From sequence record NC_054934.1: DNA of 64,000 nt, one strand, 5' to 3'. The notes below the pieces were generated by a model, which did not search any database, had not been told where the DNA came from, and saw nothing but the letters and a program-made list of their open reading frames with translations. A program made the translations under genes and the position numbers. Shown here piece by piece: positions 21,507-39,400 of the stretch (its first letter is position 1; the number at the start of each line of letters is the position of its first letter). The stretch is from Escherichia phage teqskov.

Positions 21507-21998
21507 TTATTCCCAATAATCGAGAGCAAGAGTTACTTCAAAGGTTTGGATTTCATTGTTTGAATCCCAATCTAATTGAAGTTCACCCACGTTAGTAGGC
21601 CACAGACCTTTAATTTCAATTTCTTTTGTTACTGTTTTAGCGTCACGAGCATATTGACGAACGATAGCGCTCTTTTTATACTCTGCAGGTTTTCCACCAG
21701 TAATTTCGTTTCCTTGACCAGCAGCAATGCTTTGCCAATCAACGAACTTCTGGCGAGCATCATGTGCCTCATCGTTCATTACTGTAACAGTCCAGTCATC
21801 GAATGTACGATCACCTGCTACGTTAATTTTACGGTTCATAAATCCGACTGGAATTTTTTCTACAATACCAGCTGGTAAAGCAGTGGCTTTACATTGGAAC
21901 GTGAAATTTTGTCCAAGATAAGAAATTTCTACTTGGAATAAGTTAGGTCGAGCAAAATCACCAGATTCAAACGCTCGTGTTACATCATCTACAAACAT
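21507..21998 (-). CDS. 19: tail tube protein gp19
   Basis: 163 aa as T4 gp19. Confidence 0.9.
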   Translation of the reverse strand: MFVDDVTRAFESGDFARPNLFQVEISYLGQNFTFQCKATALPAGIVEKIPVGFMNRKINVAGDRTFDDWTVTVMNDEAHDARQKFVDWQSIAAGQGNEITGGKPAEYKKSAIVRQYARDAKTVTKEIEIKGLWPTNVGELQLDWDSNNEIQTFEVTLALDYWE

Positions 21999-22012
21999 AT
22001 TAGCCTCTGTAG

Positions 22013-22020
22013 TATTTATA
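22013..22020 (-). promoter_or_regulatory. late promoter TATAAATA upstream of gene 19
   Basis: octamer 15 nt upstream of gene 19 start; a second copy at 22072-22079. Confidence 0.55.
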
Positions 22021-22114
22021 TCCCTATGTTTAACCTAGGGCATATAGAATTAAAGAATTAAGGATATAGTGTATTTATATGGCCTGCCGAAACAGGCCTT
22101 TAGAATGCACCGTA

Positions 22115-24094
22115 TTAACCTGCAAGACCAGTTAACTCATCGAAATCTGCACCGGTAGCAGTTGCTACGAAGTTTAAGGTAATGTAGTTAATGCTTCTAG
22201 CCGGTTGGATGTAGAATGTTGCAACAAACTCATTTCTATCAATTACTGACGGAGTGTTATTTGTTGTATCGCAAACTACACGATATTCATAAATTCCACC
22301 GAGAGCTTTAATTCCCTGTAAGTACTGGGCAGTTTCTGTGCGGAATGATGAACGAGTAAACGCATTGTTTAATTCGAACAAACGATATTTTGAACTACGT
22401 CCGATATTCGTTTTCAACATATTAAACAGACGACGAACGTTAATACGATCAAACGGAGAAGGAACAGAAGTAGCTGTTTTATCACCATACAATACGTAAC
22501 CATCACCACCTGTACCAGTTACTGGGTTGATAGCTTCTTGGTATAAACGGTCGCGCTGCGCCTGACGAGTTTCAATAGCAAGTTTAATAACGTTAAGAAT
22601 CTGGCCACGATTATAACCAGCTGGAGACATCCAAGTCTGAGAAACGTTATCAGTTCTTGCGCATAAACCAGCAATATCAGCTGCTAATGGAACCCAACGA
22701 TTCACATCATTATATTTGTCGTACTGATACTTGTAGTTACCATCAATTGCTGCGTAGGTTGAACTGATATTAAAGTTATTATCAGTGTATGAACCTGCTG
22801 CGGTTCTCCAATTGACTAAGTTATCAACAGCACGAGTTACAGGAATTCCAACTACAGTTTCACGCGGTGGTGAGCACAGTACTAAGCAATCTTGGCGAGC
22901 ATCCCCAATTGAAACGACGTGTTTTTGGACAGTAGATGCTGTTTCTAAAGATTCACCGGCACAAGAACCCGCAATAAACAACTGAACGTCAACAGATTCA
23001 CGGTCAGCAAAGAAGTCCCAAGCTTCCATCAAATCTCCTGCTGTTACTTCAGCATTTGATGATAAACCACCAGACAGAGTTAAAATTCCAGAGAAGCCTT
23101 CTGGCCAGTTTTGTGCAGTTGCGAAAATATATTCTGAACCACCTTTTGCGAAAAAGTCATCAATATAGATGTTACTATCGTAAATATCTTTTTCACCACG
23201 CTTCGTTGAAAGAACAACGCTTTGAACAATAGCATCATTGCGACGAACTATAATAGCGTATTGTGAATCAGTTTGTGGTCCATATCCAAACACTGCTTTG
23301 GCAGTAGATGCGCGTGTTCCGCCACCTGGATAAATTGGGAGTAATGCAGAAGCACCTTTTGCGTAGTCAGCTTTAGATACGATTTCAATTTCGATTTTAT
23401 CGCCCAACTCGCCTGGATAAAGAGCTACTACTCCTGGAATTCCATATTTTTCGAGATTTGCTTGAAAGTCAACAGCTGTCATAGCAGCTTCGGCATTTTC
23501 AATTTCAGCTAATAAAATACCAGAATCAGTAATAATTTTTCCAAGAGTTATTACTGCAGCTAAACCAGAGGAAGACGAAGAAATTTCCGCAGTCCAGTTA
23601 GAACCTAATGCTGGATATTCGCCTACTTCTTTCGCTTTAGCGATAATTTTTGCGGTAGGAATATTAATTTTCTTAATTTTTCCATCAGCATCTACTTCAG
23701 TAATTTTACCTTCTGTTTCAACATCTTCTGAAACATACTTAACAGTGATTTTATCTCCAACCGCGTAGTTACTACCTGGGGTAGAAATAGTGTATTCAAT
23801 ATTACCGGCAATCGGAGATGAGTTTTTAGCGGTATCTCTATCGACAGCACGCACAACTCGCAAATCATTTCCGTATTGTAAGAAATTCATTGCAGACATA
23901 AAATAGTCAGCAGTTTCAGCTGTAGGTTGACCAAAAGTATTAACTAAATCTACTTCATTTGTAACCTGTTTAATTTGAAAAGCAGGACCCCACTGGAATT
24001 TACCGGCCAAAGCTGCTGTACCAGTAGAGTTATTAACCACGGTGCTTTGAACCGTAGTTTCTTTGAGCTCAATGCCCGGAGATAATAAAGTCAT
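22115..24094 (-). CDS. 18: tail sheath protein gp18
   Basis: 659 aa as T4 gp18. Confidence 0.9.
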   Translation of the reverse strand: MTLLSPGIELKETTVQSTVVNNSTGTAALAGKFQWGPAFQIKQVTNEVDLVNTFGQPTAETADYFMSAMNFLQYGNDLRVVRAVDRDTAKNSSPIAGNIEYTISTPGSNYAVGDKITVKYVSEDVETEGKITEVDADGKIKKINIPTAKIIAKAKEVGEYPALGSNWTAEISSSSSGLAAVITLGKIITDSGILLAEIENAEAAMTAVDFQANLEKYGIPGVVALYPGELGDKIEIEIVSKADYAKGASALLPIYPGGGTRASTAKAVFGYGPQTDSQYAIIVRRNDAIVQSVVLSTKRGEKDIYDSNIYIDDFFAKGGSEYIFATAQNWPEGFSGILTLSGGLSSNAEVTAGDLMEAWDFFADRESVDVQLFIAGSCAGESLETASTVQKHVVSIGDARQDCLVLCSPPRETVVGIPVTRAVDNLVNWRTAAGSYTDNNFNISSTYAAIDGNYKYQYDKYNDVNRWVPLAADIAGLCARTDNVSQTWMSPAGYNRGQILNVIKLAIETRQAQRDRLYQEAINPVTGTGGDGYVLYGDKTATSVPSPFDRINVRRLFNMLKTNIGRSSKYRLFELNNAFTRSSFRTETAQYLQGIKALGGIYEYRVVCDTTNNTPSVIDRNEFVATFYIQPARSINYITLNFVATATGADFDELTGLAG

Positions 24095-24122
24095 TTTTAA
24101 TCCTCTTTAATATGCTTTAATA

Positions 24123-27263
<3,141 letters not shown>

Positions 27264-27304
27264 GATTTCTCCTAATCTGGGCTTTAATTAGTTTATAATA
27301 TTTA

Positions 27305-29006
<1,702 letters not shown>

Positions 29007-29019
29007 TTAAAAATCCTTT

Positions 29020-29035
29020 GGGGCCTTGCGGCCCC
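29020..29035 (-). terminator. hairpin GGGGCC-TTGC-GGCCCC between wac and gene 13
   Basis: perfect 6-bp GC stem. Confidence 0.5.
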
Positions 29036-29038
29036 ATG

Positions 29039-30490
29039 TTATGCTGGTGATAAAAAGGTAGAAAGCAATACCCATTCGCTGTCTTTACGAACGTAAGCTT
29101 GGCCATCTTTTGGAGCTTCAGGAATATAACCGGCTTCTTGGAGAGCTTGAACATCGTCTTGTAAAGAAGATATATTGCCTTTAGCTGTATTCACTTCTTG
29201 TGTAACTGATGCAATGTTAGTTTCGTTAGCTTTTATTGAATTGGTTAATCCGCGTTCTTCAACAGTTGAACCGTTTGGATTAGTTCCATTTACTAAAGTA
29301 TTTAACGCTACAACTTGCCCTTTAATTCCTGTGCTGTTATTACCAATCTCTACTTGTAGGTTTTGAACATCGTTATTCAAGCCTGAAACAGAAGTTTCAA
29401 TTGTAGAAACTCGGTTTAAAAGAGACCCAGGAGGAGAAGGTTGTCCACCGCTAGAATCAGTTCCAACAATTTGGTTTAACCACGAAACATTCGCTCTTAA
29501 ACCAGATGAAGTGTTTTCACCGACGATTCCATTTAAAGATTCGATTGAAGTTGTATTATCTTTGATTTGGCCTTTAATACTCGAAGGAATATCATCTGAA
29601 CCAATAGAAGTTTCAATAACGGTTAAACGCTGTTTAATACCACCACTTTGATTTAGCTCTAAATTAATAGATGCAATATTATCAGTGTTTGTATTAATCG
29701 AATTATTTCCTGGATATCCTATTGAGGTCTTAATAGCACTAATATCAGACTCAACTGTTGTCTGTTTAGTGTCAATTTCATTTAAGCGGCTGTAAATGTT
29801 TTGTGAAAAAGACGGTGGTTTCGGTCCAAGCTCTTCGCGAAGATTGCCAACTTCAATGGTCAAAGAACCTACATCAGATTCAATAAATTTTGTTTCTAAT
29901 TCACTTAAACGTATTCCCTGTGAAGTAATGACATCAGTATTATTAATAATGCGATGCTTCATTCCACTACTAGGATTTCCTACAACAGGAAGACCATTAA
30001 TATCTTGACCAGTGTATTGTCCAAGTTCACGCTTTATCCACAGTAAATCATTTCTGATCGTTCTGTATACAGAGTTGGCCTCGGAGTTAAATGGACCAAT
30101 ATCAGCAAGAATGTTGTCAACTGTACTATTAGTTCCATTTAATATTTCTGTATGTTCACTGGTTAGCGTTTTGAGGTCAGAAATATCCTTTTTATTGATA
30201 CTTATTTGTGCTAAAGCTTCTATATCACCAGATACATCTAAGATGCCCTGGATGGTTTTAATATCACTATTTGCGGTTTCTAAAGATGTTTTAAGTATTC
30301 CAATGTTTTTATCAAGAACTTCAACATTTCTTAGTACAGAAACTGTAGGTCTATTCATTGAACCTTCGCTTCCATACTGTGTGTCAGCTCCTAATATTTC
30401 TTCGCCGTTTTTAATCCAGGAAATGCGGCTCTGGCCCTCCTGCGGAGGGCCGTCAACGAATGGTAAGTCATTCAGTACAATATCTGTCAT
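29039..30490 (-). CDS. wac: fibritin (whisker) with C-terminal foldon
   Basis: 483 aa; C-terminal [27 protein letters not shown] is a foldon; coiled-coil repeats. Confidence 0.9.
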   Translation of the reverse strand: MTDIVLNDLPFVDGPPQEGQSRISWIKNGEEILGADTQYGSEGSMNRPTVSVLRNVEVLDKNIGILKTSLETANSDIKTIQGILDVSGDIEALAQISINKKDISDLKTLTSEHTEILNGTNSTVDNILADIGPFNSEANSVYRTIRNDLLWIKRELGQYTGQDINGLPVVGNPSSGMKHRIINNTDVITSQGIRLSELETKFIESDVGSLTIEVGNLREELGPKPPSFSQNIYSRLNEIDTKQTTVESDISAIKTSIGYPGNNSINTNTDNIASINLELNQSGGIKQRLTVIETSIGSDDIPSSIKGQIKDNTTSIESLNGIVGENTSSGLRANVSWLNQIVGTDSSGGQPSPPGSLLNRVSTIETSVSGLNNDVQNLQVEIGNNSTGIKGQVVALNTLVNGTNPNGSTVEERGLTNSIKANETNIASVTQEVNTAKGNISSLQDDVQALQEAGYIPEAPKDGQAYVRKDSEWVLLSTFLSPA

Positions 30491-32070
30491 TCTTTTACCT
30501 TAATTATGTAGTTTAAAGAAATGTTCCATGGACGTGTTTCATTTCCAATTAATTCAGGACGATTTAATGTATATTTGGAATTTCGTTGTGATGCCGGGTC
30601 AATTTCATATCCGTCATTGGTGAAGTATGAACGGTTATCCCAGTCAAGTCCTTTACGTGTACCAACAAAATTTGATCTACGGGTATTACCGAATGCTCCA
30701 GAATCATCATGCTCACCAAATCCGCCCGCATGTTTATGATAAGACATCTGTTGTTTCTGTACTTCACCAACATATCCACCAGTACAACCTACACCTAATC
30801 TAGGTTTACCAAACTGGTCATTACCATTAACATTTGGATTTGTTAAGTGAGAGCCACGACCAGAGCCACGAACAAAAAGACCACGCATATCAGGTAATCC
30901 AGGATTTGATGAGCTTCCGCCATATCTTGTTCCAATTCTAGAAGCATATAATGGACAATCTGACGCTGAAACGGTTCCACCATGGCAAAAACGCCAAGCA
31001 TCACTAGGAAGACTATCAGCGGCCCACATCATAATAGCTCCGACAGGAATAGTTCTATCAATTTCATTTTGTGTTACGACACGCTTACCTTGAATATAAC
31101 CACCGGTCATGTTAACTGTTCCGGTAATATTTGCTCCACCTGAGGCTATTGTAAGCGTGTTATTAATGCGGAGTGTTCCATTAATAGTTTGACCGCCTCT
31201 TTGATGGATAACGTCAGCATTCCAAGCTAGTGCTGATGAAGCATCACCTCCACTCTGTGAGCCGGCAGTTGTAGTTAATTTAACTACACCTCTCATTGAC
31301 GTTGTAGAACCACGACCATTAAGAGTTGCACCAGTAACAGCAACAGAAGCATTATTCGAGTTAACTTCTGATTGTGTTCCTAATTTAATTACGCCTTTAT
31401 ATTCTTCAGTAGCAGATGAATTCATAAACGTATAAGGAGAAATTGCATAGCCTTCTCTTAAAGTTCCCTGACGAACCTGCGCTACTGTTGCTAATTGAAC
31501 AACACCTTGGTCCGATTCGGTAGCTGTGGTTTCAGAAGGAGCAATTTGCGCAATTAATTTAATAGCTAACTGCTGCGTTTTTAATGGAGTCATTGCAGTA
31601 GTATCATCTGCACCAGCTAATGCTTGCGGTAGAGATGATAACTTAATAACGCCAAGTGAACTTTCAGAAGAAATTCGTGTATCAAAAATGTGATTAATTG
31701 CTGTAGTAAATTTAGCCGGAGTTATAGATGATTCATTATTAACACCAGCTACAGCTTCATCGTCTGTTGAATAACGTGTAAGTCCATAAACTTCTTCGGT
31801 AGCATTTGGATATGATAATCTTGTTGCCAACGTTGCCGGTGTAACTGCTTTGGTATTATTAGTTCCATCTATAACTTCCTGTTCAGTGGCAAGAAATAAA
31901 ATTCCCTTTGTTGTTGACGATGCATCAGGAACTCCATTTACGCCAGCAGGAGAAATGGCTGCTATAGCAGCCTGAACATCAGTAATCTCTGGTGGAAAAT
32001 TCGTATCGGTAGGATCAAATTTTACATAACGAGATTCATTAGAAACGTGTTGATATGTATTATTACTCAT
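30487..32070 (-). CDS. 12: short tail fibre gp12
   Basis: 527 aa as T4 gp12. Confidence 0.9.
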   Translation of the reverse strand: MSNNTYQHVSNESRYVKFDPTDTNFPPEITDVQAAIAAISPAGVNGVPDASSTTKGILFLATEQEVIDGTNNTKAVTPATLATRLSYPNATEEVYGLTRYSTDDEAVAGVNNESSITPAKFTTAINHIFDTRISSESSLGVIKLSSLPQALAGADDTTAMTPLKTQQLAIKLIAQIAPSETTATESDQGVVQLATVAQVRQGTLREGYAISPYTFMNSSATEEYKGVIKLGTQSEVNSNNASVAVTGATLNGRGSTTSMRGVVKLTTTAGSQSGGDASSALAWNADVIHQRGGQTINGTLRINNTLTIASGGANITGTVNMTGGYIQGKRVVTQNEIDRTIPVGAIMMWAADSLPSDAWRFCHGGTVSASDCPLYASRIGTRYGGSSSNPGLPDMRGLFVRGSGRGSHLTNPNVNGNDQFGKPRLGVGCTGGYVGEVQKQQMSYHKHAGGFGEHDDSGAFGNTRRSNFVGTRKGLDWDNRSYFTNDGYEIDPASQRNSKYTLNRPELIGNETRPWNISLNYIIKVKE

Positions 32071-32726
32071 GCTGTTCTCTCAAAATGATAAAGTACTGTA
32101 GGAGTCTGCTGATTATCTAAAGTTACAGTTTGTGCGCCTAATAAATTCCATGTACCATAGCCAGGTTTAGACTCAGAAATAATTTCCTGCGAAATAGTTA
32201 TTCCATATGTAGAATATGTGCTTAATACATGTTTTTGATTGTCTAAATAAGTAACTTCTAATTTACTACCATCTGTTGGATGGTCTTTATATGAATTGAT
32301 AGCAGTAAATGACGCAATAGCTTCTTGTAGTGCAACACGAACTTTGGCAACAAACTCGATAGCTGTCATTCCGGTTGTTGCTGAAACTGGAAGACCAAAT
32401 ACTAATACAGTAACAGGAGAACCAGGAGGAAGCGAATCATCTGTCACAGTTCCTGAAAATGCCCAATAATCAGTTTGAGAAACGCCCTCAGGAGAAACAC
32501 CAGTTTTATTAGTAATAATTGTACCAACGTCTTTTATAGAAAAATTATGAACGTCATTAATAGCTGATTCTACGTTTGGTTCATAAAATCCTTTCGCTAA
32601 TTGAGAAATTGTCACTGACCCAACTGATTGACGATTCATTACATCTATATTACCAGCTTTAGGTCTAAAACCAAGAAAATCGGCTAAGCGGGAAATAACT
32701 CCCGCTTTATTATTAAGTAAACTCAT
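32067..32726 (-). CDS. 11: baseplate wedge protein gp11
   Basis: ORF-track start 32744; ATG at 32726 gives 219 aa as in T4 gp11. Confidence 0.8.
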   Translation of the reverse strand: MSLLNNKAGVISRLADFLGFRPKAGNIDVMNRQSVGSVTISQLAKGFYEPNVESAINDVHNFSIKDVGTIITNKTGVSPEGVSQTDYWAFSGTVTDDSLPPGSPVTVLVFGLPVSATTGMTAIEFVAKVRVALQEAIASFTAINSYKDHPTDGSKLEVTYLDNQKHVLSTYSTYGITISQEIISESKPGYGTWNLLGAQTVTLDNQQTPTVLYHFERTA

Positions 32727-34534
32727 TATGCAATCCTTATCCAACGATAAACTGTAATATATGGTTGAATGTTAGTTATTGATGTTGGCGGAGTGTGAGT
32801 AGAGTTAGTAGATGCTTTAGCTTCACGGTATTTAGTGTAGATTGGACCGGATTCATCTGGATCGTATTGACACCCACCAACAATGACTGATCCATTTTCA
32901 TCAACTATTAGAACTTCTTCATCTGTTTCAGTTGCAGGAAGATTAGCATTTTCCAATGTAACAGAAGTAGAACCACCTGTTCCACCTGCAGTATGTGAAG
33001 GATTTCCACCCGAATCTAAATCGTTGTTATTTAGAGCAAAGTTAGGGTCCGAAATATCTTCATTCCATCCAACTAAAACTTTTCCTTGCCCAAATAATTT
33101 CCATGAGCCGAATCCCATATATGTAACAGGGTTATTTGGATTAACAGCGTTTTCATATATAGTTCCAATAGGATAAATCGTATCAAAGATATTTGAAACA
33201 GCATTAAATTCGCGTTGGTAAGATTGAACTGCTTCTACATTTGGCCAACCAATTTTATCGAAGTCTGTTAAATTTACATCACCAGAAATATCTACTCCCG
33301 GTCCTTGCGATACATAAAGATTATCAGTTTCATCAATAATCTCATCTTTTGTTAATAATGTACCCAAATCATTATTAAACCAGGTGATATTGATAATGTC
33401 ACCATGCTCAAATACTCTATCGAAATGTAAAATTTCCGGTATGCCGTTTTCATCAGTTTCAACTGAATAATCGGTATGAGATTGTTCCCAAGTTCCACCT
33501 AAAACAGAGCATTCTACTTCATCGTCTGAATCGGCACCAACACAATGAAATAATGGCATTCCAACTGTTCCAGCCAATTCCTGCAAAATCCCGTTAAAAC
33601 GAACCTCAAGAGAATTAGGATTAATAGGTTCTCCTGGAATTAATCCAAAAGCAGAAAATGGAATTGATTTCATTGTTGATAAATCAGTAACGTAAATACT
33701 TCCTTCTAAAGAAGTTTTTGACGTTAATTTTGAATCTAACAATCTAATTTGACGTCTTGTATATGAACTTCTCCACTGCGATACACCATCCATAAATGTT
33801 TCAATTTGAACAGTGTCACCAATATTACAAGGCTGTCTTAATCGAATATTAAATCCATCAAGAGGAACTAGTTCTCCTTCATTTTCGCCCGGAGAGCCAA
33901 AATCGCTGTTTTCGCTAAACACATCGCCGTAATACAATTCGTTACCACGATGTTTTACTCTGATGTTATTTACATTATAACTGGTTCCACGGAAAACATC
34001 TAAAAAGTCTGTTTGTCCTTGGACTTCGACTAAAAATTCTTTACGAGCTACATTACTAATGTCTGAACTGGTAATTTTGTCAATTTGTTTATTTTTGACA
34101 TATTCCCAACGTCCTGGGGCACAATACACTAGTTCTAAATCGCTGAATTGAACATTAATTTCAACTGGTACTGCAGACCCTTTAATCGTATCGCCGGAAG
34201 CAGCTACTAGTGTAACTGGGTTGACGTTCCATGTAGCAAATACGTCTCTAGCTCTAATTACCTTGTTGTAATCATTAACTGTACCCTTTGGAAGATTTAT
34301 AGTCACTCTTCCAGAAGATGTATTAATAGCGTACGATTTTCCCCATTCTGCTGTTAATGTTTGTCCTGATGAAGCATTATAAGTTTTCCAGGCACCGGCT
34401 GAATATGGAACATCACCATCACCGAGTTCATAATAAAGCTCATCAAAGTTTTCATTTATTTTTATACCACCTTTACGCAGGTAGTCACCGGTACCATCAT
34501 CTACAACATTACCGATATTAATATTTTGTTTCAT
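32726..34534 (-). CDS. 10: baseplate wedge protein gp10
   Basis: 602 aa as T4 gp10. Confidence 0.85.
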   Translation of the reverse strand: MKQNINIGNVVDDGTGDYLRKGGIKINENFDELYYELGDGDVPYSAGAWKTYNASSGQTLTAEWGKSYAINTSSGRVTINLPKGTVNDYNKVIRARDVFATWNVNPVTLVAASGDTIKGSAVPVEINVQFSDLELVYCAPGRWEYVKNKQIDKITSSDISNVARKEFLVEVQGQTDFLDVFRGTSYNVNNIRVKHRGNELYYGDVFSENSDFGSPGENEGELVPLDGFNIRLRQPCNIGDTVQIETFMDGVSQWRSSYTRRQIRLLDSKLTSKTSLEGSIYVTDLSTMKSIPFSAFGLIPGEPINPNSLEVRFNGILQELAGTVGMPLFHCVGADSDDEVECSVLGGTWEQSHTDYSVETDENGIPEILHFDRVFEHGDIINITWFNNDLGTLLTKDEIIDETDNLYVSQGPGVDISGDVNLTDFDKIGWPNVEAVQSYQREFNAVSNIFDTIYPIGTIYENAVNPNNPVTYMGFGSWKLFGQGKVLVGWNEDISDPNFALNNNDLDSGGNPSHTAGGTGGSTSVTLENANLPATETDEEVLIVDENGSVIVGGCQYDPDESGPIYTKYREAKASTNSTHTPPTSITNIQPYITVYRWIRIA

Positions 34535-35400
34535 TATTGAGCCACCCCGATTTTCTGCGTAGCGATAACTTTAACTGCTGCTCTCATACCGACAGTTGAA
34601 GAACTTATAGTCGCCGTTACGTAATTTTCTTTAATACTAAATGCAATATTAGCGATTTCGTCTTCTTCGGTTTCATTCCCAACTTGCATGACAGCATATT
34701 CAGAAGAAATTACCTCTGAATTGACAGTATCCACAAGAATATTTATTTCTGCTGTTTTAATTTTTCTTCCATCTACCGATTGGCATGTAACTAGTAATTT
34801 AGCCATATTGTATTCAGTGCGATGAAATAGTGGAATATCAACTGATCCAGATGTAGAAATATTCCATGTACCTTCAGCTGGTGATTCCTTTTGTCCAAAC
34901 ATACTTTCAATAGAATAATTCCAAACCGACGTAGAATTATCAGATGAAATACAGCGTAAAGTAACTTTACTATATGGGCTAGTTACTACTAAATTACCTG
35001 AAACACCTTTAATTGAATCAATAGCTTGAATTGTCAAAGGATTAGTAACTGATATTGATCCGTTAGAATTAATGAATTCAACACAATCGCCGAGTTCGCC
35101 TCTTTCAATGATAACTTTAACACCTACAGTAGAGGTATCAATATCATGCCTAGTGCCAACTTTTACTGGAGTTGCATACTCTGCAATAGAGTGTTTTTGA
35201 TAATATCCAGTAGCATGGATAATTTGACCATCTGCTCCGGTGCCATTTGCTACTGCCATTTTACGTTGATCGCCAAACGCATTATAAATTGCGTTAAAAT
35301 CACTATTAATTTTATTACCACCGTCGAATAAGATATCACCAGTAGAAGCGTTACCAATTTCGCCGGTATCAATCAATTTCTTTGGTTCTTGAATGAACAT
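34534..35400 (-). CDS. 9: baseplate wedge protein gp9 (long tail fibre socket)
   Basis: 288 aa as T4 gp9. Confidence 0.85.
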   Translation of the reverse strand: MFIQEPKKLIDTGEIGNASTGDILFDGGNKINSDFNAIYNAFGDQRKMAVANGTGADGQIIHATGYYQKHSIAEYATPVKVGTRHDIDTSTVGVKVIIERGELGDCVEFINSNGSISVTNPLTIQAIDSIKGVSGNLVVTSPYSKVTLRCISSDNSTSVWNYSIESMFGQKESPAEGTWNISTSGSVDIPLFHRTEYNMAKLLVTCQSVDGRKIKTAEINILVDTVNSEVISSEYAVMQVGNETEEDEIANIAFSIKENYVTATISSSTVGMRAAVKVIATQKIGVAQ

Positions 35401-35424
35401 AGCGGTTTCCTTATGAGTTTATAG

Positions 35425-35432
35425 TATTTATA
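35425..35432 (-). promoter_or_regulatory. late promoter TATAAATA upstream of gene 9
   Basis: octamer about 25 nt upstream of gene 9 start; next to palindrome GGGAGCC-CATG-GGCTCCC at 35441-35458. Confidence 0.5.
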
Positions 35433-35463
35433 AAGAAAAAGGGAGCCCATGGGCTCCCTTAAT

Positions 35464-36468
35464 TTAAAATGTAAACAGAATATTGATTTCTTCTGTCTGA
35501 TCCATTGCCATAATAATAGGTGGCCTATTTTCCATATAAATCATTTCGCCCGAATGCCTCATTAAATCTTCCGGATCATAATAATCCTTTTCAGCTTTAA
35601 CGTTTGGGTCATTTGGATGAGCTTTAGCTTCAAGAGGATTCGTGATTATTGATATTTGTCTAAATCCTTTATTTCCTGGCAATGCAGCTTCAGGAAAATA
35701 AACTGAATCTAAATATGCTTTAAAACGGATAGTATTTGCCTTAACACGGTAAATTAATCCAAAATCATCTTGCTGCCAAGTGAGATTATCTTCATACCCC
35801 CATCTAGTCGGGTCTTCTTTTAATTCCTCAGGCCAAGGAACCACGATATATTCATTCGTGCATCTATTTATAGATACATCAGGCGGAATCTCAAATAGAT
35901 ATTCCCACACATACCCGTCCCCAGGTTCAATTGTTCCTTCAGCATCTCCTCGACCTTCAGGAGGAGTCATTGACCTAGCAGAAGGAGTCCATTTTCCACC
36001 TAACTTAAGGCATTCATCCTTATCAGTTAAAGATGCGATTGAACACATTCCGGTATCAGGAACATCTAAACAACGATATACTAACCAGCCTGCGCCTGAT
36101 TCAGTAGCGTTGTAAGGAGCTGAGTTACACACTACAATATCGTTAATTCTAAATGTGTATGGATCCGGATATCTAGTATCTCCCCAATCTCTGCGAGGAA
36201 TAACAGCATCAAGCATTGATGGAAGAACTTTTACTGTTCCCATCATATGAGTCCACATGTCAGTTACACCTAATACAGAATCGGTAGGATAAGGTGGGGC
36301 AAAGCCCACCTCATTTTCATTTGATGACCACGGTTCTGATCTTCCAAATGTGATAAAGATAGTGTTTTTATCCGGACCACTTCCAATTGAATTATAAAAA
36401 TTCAACATTTTTTCTGTTCTAAATTTTGAAGTAACTATCGCACGATAGATAACACTTGAATCATTCAT
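35464..36468 (-). CDS. 8: baseplate wedge protein gp8
   Basis: 334 aa as T4 gp8. Confidence 0.85.
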   Translation of the reverse strand: MNDSSVIYRAIVTSKFRTEKMLNFYNSIGSGPDKNTIFITFGRSEPWSSNENEVGFAPPYPTDSVLGVTDMWTHMMGTVKVLPSMLDAVIPRRDWGDTRYPDPYTFRINDIVVCNSAPYNATESGAGWLVYRCLDVPDTGMCSIASLTDKDECLKLGGKWTPSARSMTPPEGRGDAEGTIEPGDGYVWEYLFEIPPDVSINRCTNEYIVVPWPEELKEDPTRWGYEDNLTWQQDDFGLIYRVKANTIRFKAYLDSVYFPEAALPGNKGFRQISIITNPLEAKAHPNDPNVKAEKDYYDPEDLMRHSGEMIYMENRPPIIMAMDQTEEINILFTF

Positions 36469-39400
36469 CTATTTTAACCTGTGTTGGATTTTCAGGGTCT
36501 CTTGGATTTCCTATATTATCTTTTAGACGTTTATTAACTAAATCTCTAAATTGCGCAAATGTTGTTCCAGATGCATCAAATAAAGGACTCATTAATTTAC
36601 GTCGTTCAGACGGCAATTGACCTTGAAATATTGAATTATTATTTTCAGCATTATAGTCATCAGGAAGAGGATATTCTACACCAGCCATTGGGCCAGGCTC
36701 ATAAATTGCTTCGCCTGTTACCGAATCATGCTCAATTTCACCAGTTGGAGTCAATTTAGCTACTCTATCAGCATATTCAGTAGGCAATCCAGAATCCCAT
36801 TTATAGTTTTTGTATTTATTAATTATAGTCTCTGTGTGTTTAAGAGTTAAACCAACATTAATAAACATCGTTAAAAGGGTAATTGCTATAAATCCAAATC
36901 CTACTGGATGAACAAAACGAATAACGTCAGATTTCCAACGAGAAGAAGGTAAATTGGATTTAATTTTCATTACATAATATGATCGACTTCTATTAATATA
37001 GTCTATATTATTTTGAAGCAAATCCTTTCCTTTAACCCCACGAATAATTTCGCCTTCAAAACTAGGAAGTCTTTCTGCTTTAACTTCTTGGCCAGCAATT
37101 AATCGTCCCAAAAGATTATGAATAGTTACGGTCCATTGCAATTTACCATTAGAATAGCTTCTTTCTATATAAGTAACATTACATCTTCCTGTAGCTGTAT
37201 AAATCGTTTGTCCTACTAAGTCTTCAGTCAAAGAATCAGATTGAACGATTATATCATATTCAGTACCAGCCCCAGATTCAATTTCAATTTCAACCTCTTC
37301 ATTATAAAGAACTTTAAAAAGAAATTTGTATGATGCTTCAATTCCTTTAGTAGAATAAAAATCATAGCTACGTGATTCGAAAAATCTTGCAACAGCATCA
37401 CGTTTGTCAGCATTTAAATAAATGTTTCTTTTATATATCTCTGACCACAAATATTCCCATGCATGCTCTTCTCGTGGATATTTGTTACGAATTAAATTTC
37501 GTAAATTGTTATACTGAGTTCCATATCCATCAGAAAGATACTGAATATATGCTTCGCAAAATGCCTCAAAATTCGAATCCTGCAACAAATAAGAATCAGG
37601 CATCATTGTGCCAATCAATGGTCTTAAATCAGGGTCAGCCAATCCACGCTCTTCTTCAGGCGACCAAGGAGTTTCATGCTCTTGGTTTTGTAAAAATGCT
37701 TTTAAAAATACTTCAGTTGGCTTCCAAATAATTTCTACTGTATCTCTCACGCGATAGTTAAAATCATAGTAAGAAATTATTTCACCAGAGGCTTTATAGA
37801 AAAGCATCCCAGATGCATATTTTTTAAATCCAGTGAATTTAACATTTGGCATTACTATAGTGCAATCGCCATCATCCCAGTATTCATGAACTAATCTATC
37901 TGGTGATGTTTCCGGAATATTTTCTATAACTTTAGTGTATTTTAAATCAGCATAAACTACTACAACCCTATCAGAGTTGTTTATCCAACAACGTGTGTTA
38001 GATTTTTTAGACCAGTTAAAGAATGGTTCTGCATAGTATTTCATCGGCTGAGGAGTAAAAGTTTCCCAATCAGACTTTTCATCTGCTATAAATGCCATCA
38101 TATGATAATGCTTATCAGCTAACCATTCACGAGGAAATTCATATTTAACAGCACCGATTAACTGATATTTTGCTGCAGTTTCAGGGTCATTAACAACATT
38201 ATCACTTAAAAATTTAAAATTACTCGAAGACAGAGAAACTAATTTACCGTCAGTTGACATATTCGCATATCCGGGTTGAATACGTCTTCTTTCTTCTTCG
38301 GTATTACCAAAAACTCTTTTCCATGTTTTTTCGTCATGATTTAAAACATATATTCCTTTATCAGCGGAATCAATTATTTTTGATGTTCTAGGATTAGCAT
38401 TTAATGTTTCAACTTCACCAATAATAAGAGCAAAAACTTTATCACCGATAGAATCCATTTTATAGCATACTGCTTTAGGATTTCCGGTTATAGTCATTGT
38501 ATCAGGCTCAAAAAGCCTTTCCGAATATGTTGGAGATAATGGATCAGAATCTATAGGTGCATTACTCGTTTTTATGTATCTAACTTTGTCTCTGGCGACA
38601 ACGTAAATGTAATCATCGGTGCAAGTAATAGCTTCTGCAATGCGATATACATTCGCTGGCAAAGTTGCGTAAGTTGCAAAAATTTCTACATCAAATCCTA
38701 AATGTAATTGGTCGCCAAGTTTAGCGAATGTTATATCCTGAGAACTAAATCTGACATCGTCAGCTGACCATCTAACATCAGTCGATTTGCGGCCATAGAA
38801 AATCTTGTCGTATCCTAGAACGTATGTTGTGTTCGCAGATTGGTAATATACTGTCTTAGATAAAGGATATCCTACGCGGTCATTGAAGAGCTTTACAGCT
38901 TTCCAAGTTTGTCCTTTATCATTGGATACTTTAACTACAGGTTGATAACGCTCAAAAAGATATAGAATTCCTTCTGATTCCATCAAATAAACTCGGTTAA
39001 TATCCTTACATACTTGCTGAATAGAACCTTGTATTTCATGATACTCATTTTCACCAATAATAAAATTACTTATTGATGAAACATCAACATATGATGGGCT
39101 GAATTGAAATGATTCATTCATCAATGCAGCCATTATAGTGTCATTATTAAAATTAACATAATCAGAATTATTAAGAGTAAATTTTTCCTGAATGAATTTA
39201 TTGGCTAATTGCATTTCAATCATGTTTTGAAATGTATAAGCATTTGTAGCAAAAGTTTCAAACTCTTCGGTATAAATCCAATCAGACTGCTCAAAATCTT
39301 GTGCAGCTGTAGCTACTCTAATAACGTATGATGTCAATGGGTCAGCATCATCAAAAAAGAAGCTGTTATTTGCAGTATATCCTAAGTTAATCCATCTGTA

